Source: a virus
IMG/VR virus record: IMGVR_UViG_3300022752_000018
Location: 32,001-96,000 of that record
Direction: 5' to 3' (one strand)
DNA length: 64,000 nt
The position numbers and the translations under genes are program-made. This document shows, one piece after another, positions 1 to 15,000 of this stretch. Positions within the stretch are counted from its first letter, which is position 1, and each line of letters begins with the position of its first letter. Below the pieces are notes generated by a model that saw only the letters and a list, made by a program, of their open reading frames with translations, was not told the DNA's origin and did no database searches.

Positions 1-3000
1 TACACCCTGACCACCTTGTACACCTTGTACACCTTGTACACCCTGACCACCTTGTACACCTTGTACGCCCTGTATACCTTGACTGGTCATCTGGTTCCAA
101 TATGTTGAATTAACTATTGGTGGCTGACCAGTAGCTGGTGTTTGCCCAGCAACTGGCGTACCATTTTTATAAATGTAACTGTTACCATCATAAAATACTA
201 AATCGTTTTGATAGTAGGTTGTGCTAGCAGAATATGTGCCTTTCCATACCAAACTAAATCCTTGTACACCCTGTACGCCCTGTACACCCTGTACACCTTG
301 GCCACCTTGTACACCTTGTACACCTTGAACTCCTTGACCACCTTGTACACCTTGTACACCTTGTACACCCTGACCACCTTGTACACCTTGTACACCTTGT
401 ACACCCTGACCACCTTGTACACCTTGTACACCTTGTACACCCTGACCACCTTGTACACCTTGTACACCTTGTACACCTTGTCTACCCTGTACACCCTGTA
501 CACCCTGTACACCCTGACCACCTTGTACACCTTGTACGCCCTGTATACCTTGGCTGGTCATTTGCTCCCAATATGTTGAATTAACTATTGGTGGCTGACC
601 AGTAGCTGGTGTTTGCCCAGCAACTGGCGTACCATTTTTATAGATGTAACTATTACCATCATAAAATACTAAATCGTTTTGACTATAAGTTGTACTGGCA
701 GAATATATACCTTTCCATACTAAACTAAAGCCCTGTACACCTTGTACACCTTGTACACCTTGTACACCTTGTACACCTTGTACACCTTGAACACCTTGAC
801 CACCTTGTACACCCTGTACACCTTGTACGCCTTGTCTACCCTGTACACCCTGTACACCTTGTACACCTTGACCGCCCTGTACACCTTGTACACCTTGTAC
901 ACCCTGACCGCCCTGTACACCCTGTACACCCTGTACACCCTGTATACCTTGAACACTCAATAGGTTCCAATTGGCATTTAAAGGTGGACTTCCTATGGAA
1001 CTAGTATGTGTTACTATACAAATATAGCTTGATCCTTGATAATATACCATATCATTTAATTGATATGGTGTTCCACCAGCCCAAGTTCCTTTCCAAACTA
1101 CTCCAAGACCTTGTACACCTTGTACACCTTGTACACCCTGTACTCCCTGTACACCTTGAACACCCTGTACACCTTGCCTACCTTGTATACCTTGCCAACC
1201 TTGAACTCCTTGAATACCTTGAATACCCTGGGCACCTGTCAATTCCCATCTTTGGAGTGTCGCATCAAGATTAGAACTAGTATGGAATTGTGGTGTATAG
1301 CTACCAACAGAGAAAGTTAACCCAGTTGGAGTACCAGTAGAGTTGGAAATTGATCCACCACCCTTGGTCAAACTCAATGTAGCCGTTGTTGATGTACTAG
1401 CAGTTACATAATACACTGTACCAAGAGTAGCATTTAGAGTACTGTAATTTTGTAAAGACCCTCCTCCTGTATTAGTTCCCTGAACAATTACTGGTAATCC
1501 AACTGATGGAGCAGTAGTTGAATTAAAACTAATACCATTCGAGGTAATTTGAACACCTGTTAAATTATTTGGAATATATTCTGATAAACTTACATATGTG
1601 CTACCAGAGAATATGATCATATCACTAACAGCATAGTTATTAAGTGGTGACCATTCACCTCTCCACTTAAATCCTGATCCTTGTATACCCTGCTGACCTT
1701 GTACGCCCTGTACTCCCTGTACACCCTGTACACCCTGACCACCTTGTACGCCCTGTACACCCTGTATACCTTGGCTGGTCATTTGCTCCCAGTAGGTGGT
1801 ATTAACTATTAAACTTGCACCTACACCAGTTGATGGAGCTTGTCCTGCTGTCGGTGTAACATTTTTAAAGACATAACTATTACCGTTGTAGAATACAATG
1901 TCATTTGTATAATAAGTTGTACCCGCTAACCAAGTACCTTTCCATACCAAACTGAATCCTTGTACACCTTGTACACCCTGTACACCTTGAACGCCTTGAC
2001 CACCCTGTACACCTTGGACACCTTGAACTCCTTGACCACCTTGTACACCTTGTACACCTTGTACGCCCTGTATACCTTGTACGCCCTGTACACCTTGTCT
2101 ACCTTGTACACCTTGTACACCTTGTACACCTTGACCACCTTGTACACCTTGTACACCTTGTACACCCTGTCCGCCTTGTACACCCTGTACTCCCTGTACA
2201 CCCTGTACTCCCTGTACACCTTGAACACCCTGTATACCTTGACTGGTCATTTGATTCCAGTACGCAGTATTAACGACTAAACTTTGACCTATACCAGTTG
2301 ATGGTGCGTTACCAGCACTTGGTATAGCATTATTATAGATGTAACTATTACCATTATAGAATACAATATCATTTTGAGTATAAGTTGTACCTGCTAACCA
2401 AGTACCTTTCCATACCAAACTGAATCCCTGTACACCTTGTACACCTTGTACACCCTGTACACCTTGACCACCTTGTACACCTTGTACACCTTGTACACCT
2501 TGTCCACCTTGTACACCTTGTACACCTTGTACACCTTGTCCACCTTGTACACCCTGTACACCTTGTACACCCTGACCGCCCTGTACACCCTGTACTCCCT
2601 GTACACCCTGTACTCCCTGTACACCTTGAACACCCTGTATACCTTGACTGGTCATTTGATTCCAGTACGTAGTATTAACGACTAAACTTTGACCTATACC
2701 AGTTGATGGTACGTTACCGGCACTTGGTGTAGCATTAGTATAGATGTAACTATTACCATTATAGAATACAATATCATTTTGAGTATAAGTTGTACCTGCT
2801 AACCAAGTACCTTTCCATACCAAACTGAATCCCTGTACACCTTGTACACCTTGTACACCTTGAACGCCTTGACCACCCTGTACACCTTGTACACCTTGAA
2901 CTCCTTGACCACCTTGTACACCTTGTACACCTTGGACGCCTTGTACACCTTGTACACCTTGAACACCCTGTACACCTTGTACACCCTGACCACCTTGTAC

Positions 3001-6000
3001 ACCCTGTACACCTTGAACACCCTGTACACCTTGTACACCTTGAACGCCCTGTATACCTTGACTGGTCATCTGGTTCCAGTACGTAGTATTAACGACTAAA
3101 CTTTGACCTATACCAGTTGATGGTGCGTTACCAGCACTTGGTGTAGCATTAGTATAGATGTAACTATTACCATTATAGAATACAATATCATTTTGAAAAT
3201 AAGTTGTACCTACTAACCAAGTACCTTTCCATACCAAACTGAATCCCTGTACACCTTGTACACCTTGTACACCTTGAACGCCTTGACCACCCTGTACACC
3301 TTGTACACCTTGTACACCTTGACCACCTTGTACACCTTGTACACCTTGTACGCCCTGTATACCTTGTACGCCCTGTACACCTTGTCTACCTTGTACACCT
3401 TGTATACCTTGTACACCTTGACCACCTTGTACACCTTGTACACCTTGTACACCCTGTCCGCCTTGTACACCTTGTACACCTTGTACACCCTGTCCGCCTT
3501 GTACACCTTGTACACCTTGTACACCCTGTCCGCCTTGTACACCTTGTACACCTTGTACACCCTGTCCGCCTTGTACACCTTGTACGCCCTGTACACCTTG
3601 TCTACCCTGAATACCTTGTACGCCTTGTACGCCTTGACCACCTTGTATGCCTTGTATACCTTGTTGTCCAGCTGGCTGAAAGGCTACATTTAATACTGAA
3701 CCATCAGCAGGAGCAGTTCCTTGTGTGTCAATAAATGTACAATTTAGGGTAAAGAATGAATTAGGACTATTATAAGTTATACTATTAATAGTAGCAGCAT
3801 ATCTAGTTACAGATCCATCTGGTTGTAATGTTAGAACACCATGATATGATCCAGCAGTTCCAAATGCTGTCATAGCATTAAAGAATGAATATCTGTCTTG
3901 TCCTAAAATATCATATCTATCTACATATACAACTATTCCACCAGCAGTAGTACTAGTCCAATCTCGATTAATTCGTATAGTACCATTTGCAGGATTGCTT
4001 GTAGTAGTATTATCCCAAGCATAAGTGGCAGTGTATCCACCAGGAGTACCTACAATTCCTTGGACACCTTGAATACCTTGGACACCTTGTCCACCCTGTA
4101 CACCTTGAACTCCTTGGACACCTTGTACACCTTGTATACCCTGTACACCTTGTACACCCTGTCCGCCTTGTACACCTTGTACGCCTTGTACACCTTGACC
4201 ACCTTGTATGCCTTGTACGCCCTGTACACCTTGACCACCTTGTATGCCTTGTACGCCCTGTACACCTTGACCACCTTGTATTCCCTGTATTCCCTGTATA
4301 CCTTGTACACCTTGTACACCTTGTAAGCCTTGGCTAGCAATTAATGACCATGGATTAGTTTTAAATATTAAACCAGTTAATGATCCAGTCCCTATTCCAC
4401 CAATACCTGTTACACTAAACTGTGTTCTTCCTAAAATAAATGAGGTTGTAGGCCCATTATCAGCACTGATAATGTAATATACTACATTAGGTACCGTTTG
4501 GCCTGCTGTAAAATATGTCGGACTTGACTCAGGACTACCAGGATTTTCTAAACTAATACCAGCTGGCACTGTTCCTGATACAATAACTGCCTCGCCTATG
4601 TATAAATTAGTACTTGTACATCCAAATACTCCTGAAGTATTGGTCTTGGTTACATCAGGAATAGTAATAGTTGTACCTGGAGGATTGTTTATATTAAAGT
4701 AAGCCCCTGATCCGTATGTTGAATCACCAAATGTACTTGTGTAGCTTGATCCTTGATAGAATATAGTTTCATTTCTTAAGTAACTTGCTCCAGGTTGCCA
4801 ATCTCCTAAGAATGTAAATCCTTCACCCTTAGTACCCTGGAAGCCTTGTACACCTTGTTGACCTTGAACACCTTGAACACCTTGTACACCTTGACCACCT
4901 TGTACACCCTGTATGCCCTGTATACCCTGTACACCCTGTTGACCTTGTACACCCTGTACACCTTGTACACCTTGTACACCTTGTCCACCTTGTACACCCT
5001 GTACACCCTGTACACCTTGTCCACCTTGAACACCTTGAACACCTTGTACACCTTGTCCACCCTGTATGCCCTGTATACCCTGTACACCCTGTTGACCTTG
5101 TACACCCTGTACACCCTGTACACCCTGTCCACCTTGGACACCCTGTACACCCTGTACACCCTGACCACCCTGTACACCCTGTACACCCTGTAGACCCTGT
5201 ACACCCTGTACACCCTGTACACCCTGTAGACCCTGTAGACCCTGAATACCCTGAATACCCTGACCACCTTGTACGCCCTGTACGCCTTGTATACCTTGGC
5301 TTACTAAAAGATTCCAACTTGCGCCTACTACAGGAACAACTCCTGTGCTATTAGCTATTGCTATCCAAGAACTGCCATTATAAAATACTATATCATTAGT
5401 GCTATATGGTGTGGTACTATTCCAAGTTCCTTTCCAAACTAAGCTAAAACCCTGTACACCTTGAATACCCTGTACACCCTGTACACCTTGTCCACCCTGT
5501 ACTCCCTGTACTCCCTGTACACCTTGGCCACCTTGTACACCTTGAACGCCTTGAACGCCTTGAACGCCTTGAACGCCCTGTACACCTTGTACACCTTGGC
5601 CACCTTGTACACCTTGTACACCCTGTACACCTTGAACGCCCTGTAAACCTTGTACACCCTGTAAACCTTGGCTTACAATCATATTCCAATCTGCGGTTGT
5701 CCCGGGAACAATTCCAGTATGTACAGTAGTTGATATCCAAGAACTACCGTTATAAAATACTACATCATTAACAATGTAAGGCGTTGATAAATTATATGTA
5801 CCTCTCCAAATTAATCCAACACCTTGTATACCTTGACCACCTTGTACACCTTGTACACCTTGTACACCTTGACCACCTTGTACACCTTGTACACCTTGTA
5901 CACCTTGACCACCCTGTATACCCTGTATACCCTGTAGACCCTGACCACCTTGTACACCCTGTACTCCCTGTACACCCTGACCACCTTGGACGCCTTGTAC

Positions 6001-9000
6001 ACCTTGTAGACCTTGTACACCTTGTACACCTTGTCCGCCTTGTACACCTTGTACACCTTGTACACCTTGTCCACCTTGTACACCTTGTACACCTTGTACA
6101 CCCTGTCCGCCTTGAATACCTTGAACGCCTTGTATACCCTGACCGCCTTGGATACCTTGAACGCCTTGGACACCCTGTACACCTTGTACACCCTGTACAC
6201 CCTGTACACCTTGAACACCTTGAACGCCCTGTACACCTTGGACACCCTGTACACCTTGTACACCTTGTACACCTTGTACACCTTGAACGCCTTGGACACC
6301 CTGTACACCTTGTACACCTTGTACACCTTGTACACCTTGAATACCTTGGGATGCAAGCACATCCCAACTAGATGGATTTGTATCAGGCTGATTATTATAA
6401 TTGCCATTAACTTTACTAATATATGATGAACCTAGATAAGCTACAGAATCATTATTATTATAAATTACGCTAGGATCCCATATTCCTTTCCAAGTTACAC
6501 CACCACCTTGAATACCCTGTTGGCCTTGTACGCCTTGTACACCTTGAACGCCCTGTACACCTTGTACACCCTGTACACCCTGTACACCCTGTACGCCTTG
6601 TACACCTTGTACGCCCTGTACACCTTGTACACCCTGTACGCCCTGTACACCCTGTACACCCTGTACACCTTGTACTCCTTGTACGCCCTGTACACCCTGT
6701 ACGCCCTGTACACCCTGTACACCCTGTACACCTTGGACGCCTTGGACTCCTTGTACACCTTGGACACCCTGTACACCTTGAACACCCTGTACACCTTGTA
6801 AACCTTGGCTTGCTATTCTTTCCCAGAAAGTATCATTATTTTCAGGTCCAGGAACTGCTGTAGAATTAGAATTACCAGTTGGAACTCCTCCTCCTGTATA
6901 TCTTACTATCCACGCACTACCATTATAAAATACAACTTCATTTTGATAATAAGTTGTATTAAAATCGTACATTCCACGCCAGATTATACCAAAACCTTGT
7001 ATACCCTGTACACCTTGTACGCCCTGTACGCCTTGTACGCCTTGTACACCTTGTACGCCTTGTACACCTTGTACACCTTGAACGCCTTGAACGCCTTGTA
7101 CACCTTGTACACCTTGAACGCCTTGAACGCCTTGTACACCCTGTACGCCCTGTACACCCTGTACACCTTGTACACCTTGGACTCCTTGGACGCCTTGTAC
7201 ACCTTGTACCCCTTGTACACCTTGGACACCTTGGGCTCCTTGTAGACCTTGAACGCCTTGTAAACCTTGGACTCCTTGTAGACCTTGAACGCCTTGTAAA
7301 CCTTGGACTCCTTGTACACCTTGTACACCCTGTACGCCTTGTACACCCTGTACGCCTTGTACACCTTGTACGCCCTGTACACCCTGTACACCCTGTACAC
7401 CTTGTACACCCTGTACGCCTTGTACACCCTGTACGCCTTGTACGCCCTGTACACCCTGTACACCCTGTACACCCTGTACACCCTGTACACCCTGTACACC
7501 TTGAACACCTTGAACACCCTGTACACCCTGTACGCCTTGTACGCCTTGTACACCCTGTACGCCTTGTACACCCTGTACGCCCTGTACGCCTTGTACACCT
7601 TGGGCTCCTTGTACACCTTGTACACCTTGAACACCCTGTACACCCTGTACACCTTGAACGCCTTGAACGCCTTGAGCTGCTAAAATTTGCCAATAAGTCG
7701 AATTAATTACAGGTGGATTACCATAACTTGGTTCTTCATCACTAAATTGACCATATGGTGGATCAGTAGTAATAGGATATATTACAATATAGCTATTTCC
7801 ATTGTAATATACTACATCATTTTGTTGATAAGTTGCTGATGAACTGTATGTTCCTCTCCATCTTATACCAAATCCTTGAATACCTTGAACACCTTGAACA
7901 CCTTGGACTCCTTGAACGCCTTGTACACCTTGGACTCCTTGTACACCTTGGACTCCTTGTACACCTTGGACACCCTGTACACCCTGTACACCTTGGACTC
8001 CCTGTACACCTTGGACTCCTTGGACTCCTTGTACACCCTGTACACCTTGTACACCTTGTACACCTTGAACGCCTTGTAGGCCCTGTACACCTTGAACGCC
8101 TTGTAGGCCTTGATAGCCTTGGACACCTTGACTTGACAACATGTCCCAATAGGCTGATCCTTCATATGGTTCATTATTAGTATTACTGCCTGCTAATGAA
8201 GCCCAAGAAGATCCATTCCATTTAACCGCATCATTTTGATTATAGGTTACATTTGACTGCCATTCTCCTCGCCAAACAAATCCCAATCCTTGGATACCTT
8301 GTTGACCTTGAACTCCCTGTACACCCTGTACACCCTGTACACCCTGTACACCCTGTACACCCTGGACGCCCTGTACACCCTGGACGCCCTGTACACCTTG
8401 GACACCTTGTACACCTTGTACGCCTTGTACACCTTGTACACCCTGAAGACCTTGAACACCTTGTACACCTTGAACGCCTTGTACACCTTGTACACCTTGT
8501 ACACCTTGTACACCTTGTACACCTTGTACACCTTGTATACCTTGCCAACCTTGGACACCCTGTACACCCTGTACACCCTGTACACCCTGTACACCTTGAA
8601 CGCCTTGGACACCTTGGACACCCTGTACACCCTGTACACCTTGGACTCCCTGTACACCTTGGACACCTTGGACACCTTGGACACCTTGGACACCCTGTAC
8701 ACCCTGTACACCTTGGACTCCTTGGACTCCTTGGACACCTTGGACACCCTGTACACCCTGTACACCTTGGACTCCTTGGACTCCTTGGACTCCTTGTACA
8801 CCCTGTACACCCTGTACACCCTGTACACCCTGTACACCCTGTACACCCTGTACACCCTGTACACCCTGTACACCCTGTACACCCTGTACACCCTGTACAC
8901 CTTGTACGCCTTGTACACCTTGGACACCCTGTACACCTTGTACACCCTGTACACCTTGGACTCCCTGTACGCCTTGTACACCCTGTACGCCTTGTACACC

Positions 9001-12000
9001 TTGAACGCCTTGTACACCTTGAACGCCTTGTACACCTTGAACGCCTTGTACACCCTGACTAGCTAATAATTCCCAATATGTGTCATTATACTCTGGTCCT
9101 GGAACTGTCAATGGATTCTGTGCACCTGGAGTAACACCTTCAACACCAGTGTATTTTACTATCCAACTTGATCCACTGTAGAAAACAACTTCATTTTGAT
9201 AATATCTGGTATTGAAATCATACATTCCACGCCAAATAAGACCGAATCCCTGAATACCCTGTACACCCTGTACACCCTGTACACCCTGTACACCTTGTAC
9301 GCCTTGGACACCCTGTACACCCTGTACACCCTGTACACCTTGGACACCTTGGACTCCTTGGACTCCTTGGACTCCTTGTACACCCTGTACACCCTGTACA
9401 CCCTGTACACCCTGTACACCCTGTACACCCTGTACACCCTGTACACCTTGTACGCCTTGTACACCTTGGACACCCTGTACACCTTGAACGCCTTGGACAC
9501 CTTGAACGCCTTGAACACCCTGTACACCTTGTACACCTTGTACACCTTGTATACCTTGCCAACCTTGGACACCCTGTACACCCTGTACACCTTGTACACC
9601 CTGTACACCCTGTACACCCTGTACACCCTGTACACCCTGTACACCTTGTACACCTTGTACACCTTGGACTCCTTGGACTCCTTGTACTCCTTGTACACCT
9701 TGTATACCTTGCCAACCTTGTACACCCTGTACACCTTGTAGGCCTTGTACACCTTGTACACCTTGTACACCTTGTACACCCTGTACACCTTGTACACCCT
9801 GTACACCTTGTACACCCTGTACACCTTGTACACCCTGTACACCTTGTACACCCTGTACACCTTGTACACCTTGTACACCTTGTACACCTTGTACTCCTTG
9901 TAGTCCCTGTACACCTTGTACTCCCTGTACACCCTGTACACCTTGTACACCTTGTACACCTTGTACACCTTGTACCCCTTGTACACCTTGAATACCTTGT
10001 GCAGCTATTAGATTCCAATATGATTCATTGACAACTATTGGATAACCAGCTTCTGCTTTGCTTAAAACTGGTATTGTTTGTAAGCCACCAAACTTATTAT
10101 TGGTATCACCTGTAATAGCAATAAACGAACTACCATCAAAATGAACTATATCATCAGTAGCGTAAAGTTCACTAGAGCTCCAATCACCTCTCCATACTGG
10201 ACCACGACCTTGAATACCTTGTACACCCTGTACGCCTTGGACACCTTGAACGCCTTGAACGCCTTGGACACCCTGTACTCCTTGTACACCTTGGACTCCT
10301 TGGATTCCTTGGACTCCTTGTAGACCTTGAACGCCTTGGACGCCCTGTACACCTTGAACACCCTGTACACCCTGTACACCTTGAACACCCTGTACACCCT
10401 GTACACCTTGTACACCCTGTACACCCTGTACACCCTGTACACCTTGTACACCCTGTACACCTTGTACGCCCTGTACACCCTGTACACCTTGAACGCCCTG
10501 TACGCCCTGTACACCTTGTACACCTTGTACACCTTGGACGCCCTGTACACCCTGTACACCTTGAACGCCTTGGACGCCCTGTACACCTTGAACACCTTGA
10601 ACACCTTGAACACCTTGAACGCCCTGTACACCCTGTACACCTTGAACGCCTTGAACGCCTTGAACGCCTTGTACTCCTTGGACTCCTTGGACCCCTTGTA
10701 CACCCTGTACACCTTGGACTCCTTGTACACCTTGGACTCCTTGTACTCCTTGTACACCTTGTACACCTTGTACACCTTGTACACCTTGTACACCTTGTAC
10801 ACCTTGTACACCTTGGACACCTTGTACACCCTGTACGCCCTGTACGCCCTGTACGCCCTGTACGCCCTGTACACCTTGTACGCCCTGTACGCCCTGTACA
10901 CCTTGTACGCCCTGTACACCTTGGACTCCTTGGACTCCTTGTACACCCTGTACACCTTGTACACCCTGTACACCCTGTACACCCTGTACACCCTGTACAC
11001 CCTGTACACCCTGTACACCCTGTACACCTTGAACGCCTTGTACACCTTGAACGCCTTGTACACCTTGAACGCCTTGTACACCTTGTACACCCTGTACACC
11101 CTGGACGCCCTGTACACCTTGTACGCCTTGTACACCTTGTACACCCTGTACACCCTGTACACCTTGAGTACCTTGACTGGCTAATCTTTCCCAAAATGTA
11201 TCATTATCTTGTGGACCTGGAATAGTTAATGGATTTTCGGCACCTGGAGTGACACCTTCTACTCCTTTATATTTTACTATCCAACTTGATCCATTGTAGA
11301 AAACAACTTGATTCTGATAATATCTAGTATTGAAATCATACATTCCCATCCAGATAATACCAAATCCCTGTATACCTTGTACACCTTGTACACCTTGTAC
11401 ACCTTGAACACCTTGTACGCCTTGTACACCTTGTACACCTTGTAGGCCTTGTACACCTTGTACACCTTGTACGCCTTGTACGCCTTGTACACCTTGTACA
11501 CCTTGGACACCTTGTACACCTTGTAGGCCTTGTACACCTTGTACGCCTTGTACGCCTTGTACGCCTTGTACGCCTTGTACACCTTGTACACCTTGTACAC
11601 CTTGTACACCTTGTACGCCTTGTACACCTTGAACGCCTTGTACACCTTGTACACCTTGGACGCCTTGAACACCTTGTATACCTTGCCAACCTTGTACACC
11701 TTGAACGCCTTGTACACCTTGTACACCCTGTACACCCTGTACACCTTGAACACCTTGAACGCCTTGTACACCTTGTACACCCTGTACACCTTGGACTCCT
11801 TGTAGACCTTGAACGCCTTGTAAGCCCTGTACACCTTGTACGCCTTGTAGGCCTTGTACACCTTGTACGCCTTGTACACCTTGTAGGCCTTGTAGGCCTT
11901 GTACACCTTGGACACCTTGGACACCTTGGACGCCTTGTACACCTTGAACGCCTTGTACACCTTGAACGCCTTGTACACCTTGTACACCCTGTACTCCTTG

Positions 12001-15000
12001 AACGCCTTGTACACCTTGGACACCTTGGACACCTTGTACACCCTGTACACCTTGTACACCCTGTACACCTTGTACACCTTGTACACCTTGTACACCTTGT
12101 ACACCTTGTACACCCTGTACACCCTGTACGCCTTGTACACCTTGTACACCTTGTACACCCTGTACACCTTGAACGCCTTGTACACCTTGAACACCCTGTA
12201 CACCTTGTACGCCTTGTACACCCTGTACACCCTGTACACCCTGTACACCTTGTACACCTTGTACACCTTGTACACCTTGTACGCCTTGGACACCCTGTAC
12301 ACCTTGTACGCCCTGTACACCTTGGACTCCTTGTACACCTTGGACTCCTTGGACTCCTTGGACTCCTTGTACACCTTGTACACCCTGTACACCCTGTACA
12401 CCCTGTACACCCTGTACTCCTTGAACACCCTGTACGCCCTGTACACCTTGTACGCCTTGTACACCCTGAAGACCTTGAATACCTTGAGCAGTCATTCTAT
12501 TCCAGTAAGTATCATTTACTTGACCTGGAGTGAATTCTGGAACTTGGTTTACAAATTGAGTGCCTTGAACATTATACATGTCAAGAGGATAAACTGCTAT
12601 AAAACTATCACCATCATAATAAACTACATCATTTTGTTGATATATAGTTCCTGGAGAATACTCGCCTCTCCAATTAATACTAAAACCTTGTATACCCTGT
12701 ACACCCTGTACACCCTGTACACCTTGTACACCTTGTACACCTTGTACACCTTGTACGCCCTGTACACCCTGTACACCTTGTACTCCTTGTACTCCTTGTA
12801 CTCCTTGTACGCCCTGTACACCCTGTACGCCCTGTACGCCCTGTACACCTTGGACTCCTTGTAGGCCTTGTACACCTTGGACACCCTGTACGCCTTGGAC
12901 GCCTTGGACACCCTGTACGCCTTGTAAGCCCTGTACACCCTGTACACCTTGTACACCCTGTACACCTTGTACACCCTGTACACCTTGAACGCCTTGGACA
13001 CCTTGGACACCTTGTACACCTTGTACGCCTTGAACACCCTGGACGCCCTGTACACCCTGGACGCCCTGTACACCTTGGACACCTTGTACACCTTGTACGC
13101 CTTGTACACCTTGTACACCCTGAAGACCTTGAACACCTTGTACACCTTGAACGCCTTGTACACCTTGTACACCTTGTACACCTTGTACACCTTGTACACC
13201 TTGTACACCTTGTATACCTTGCCAACCTTGGACACCCTGTACGCCTTGTACACCTTGGACTCCTTGTACGCCCTGTACACCTTGGACTCCTTGTACGCCC
13301 TGTACTCCTTGTACGCCCTGTACACCTTGGACTCCTTGGACTCCTTGTACTCCTTGGACTCCTTGGATACCTTGCCAACCTTGTACACCTTGTACACCTT
13401 GTACACCTTGTACACCTTGTACACCCTGAGCTCCTTGTACACCCTGTACACCTTGTACACCCTGTACACCTTGTACACCTTGTACACCTTGAACGCCTTG
13501 AACACCTTGGACGCCCTGTACACCTTGGACGCCCTGTACACCTTGAACGCCTTGGACACCTTGGACGCCTTGGACACCTTGAACGCCTTGGACACCTTGT
13601 ACGCCTTGTACGCCTTGTACACCTTGGACGCCCTGTACACCCTGTACACCTTGAACGCCTTGTACACCTTGTACACCTTGTACGCCTTGGACACCCTGTA
13701 CACCTTGTACACCCTGTACACCCTGTACACCTTGTACACCTTGTACACCTTGGACACCCTGTACGCCTTGGACACCCTGTACGCCTTGGACACCTTGGAC
13801 ACCTTGGACACCTTGGACACCTTGTACACCTTGTAAACCTTGGATACCTTGACTAGCAATCATAGACCAAACATTTAAATTCAAATCTGGTCTGATACCT
13901 TTATTATTTTCTATAGCAGTATAGGCACTGCCATTATAAAATACAGCATTATTAATAATATAATCAGTTTCTGGATTCCATAACCCTCTCCAAATAAATC
14001 CAACACCCTGAATACCTTGAATACCTTGTACACCCTGTACACCCTGTACACCCTGTACACCCTGTACACCCTGTACACCTTGAACGCCCTGTACACCTTG
14101 GACTCCCTGTACACCTTGTACGCCCTGTACACCCTGTACACCCTGTACACCCTGTACACCCTGTACACCCTGTACACCTTGTACACCTTGTACACCTTGT
14201 ACGCCCTGTACACCTTGTACACCCTGTACACCCTGTACACCCTGTACACCTTGTACACCTTGTACACCTTGTACACCTTGTACGCCCTGTACGCCCTGTA
14301 CACCTTGTACACCTTGTACACCTTGTACACCTTGTACGCCTTGTACACCTTGTACGCCCTGTACACCCTGTACACCCTGTACGCCCTGTACACCCTGTAC
14401 ACCCTGTACGCCCTGTACACCCTGTACACCTTGTACACCCTGTACACCCTGTACACCTTGGACACCTTGTACGCCCTGTACACCTTGGACACCTTGTACG
14501 CCCTGTACACCTTGTACACCCTGTACACCTTGTACTCCTTGTACACCTTGTACACCTTGTAAGCCCTGTACACCCTGTACACCCTGTACACCCTGTACAC
14601 CCTGTACTCCTTGGATACCTTGCCAACCTTGTACACCTTGTACACCTTGTACACCCTGTACACCTTGTACACCTTGTACACCTTGTACACCCTGTACACC
14701 CTGTACACCCTGTACACCCTGTACACCTTGAACGCCTTGAACACCCTGTACACCCTGTACACCCTGAGTACCTTGACTGGCTAATCTCTCCCAAAATGTA
14801 TCATTATCTTGAGGTCCAGGAACTGTCAATGGATTTTCAGCACCAGGAGTAACTCCCTCTACTCCTTTATATTTTACTATCCAACTTGATCCATTATAAA
14901 AAACAACTTCATTTTGATAATATCTAGTATTAAAATCATACATTCCCATCCAGATAATACCAAATCCCTGTATACCCTGAACTCCCTGTACACCTTGGAC

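Noticed and set aside
80-3245. CRISPR-like alternation of conserved blocks and variable spacers
   Set aside because: Blocks are ~175 bp and coding, spacers are 9-bp repeats in frame, and no cas genes are present.
1780-3245. DGR template/variable repeat pair among near-identical modules
   Set aside because: Differences are not confined to adenines of one copy (g/a in both directions, t/g), and no reverse transcriptase is in the window.
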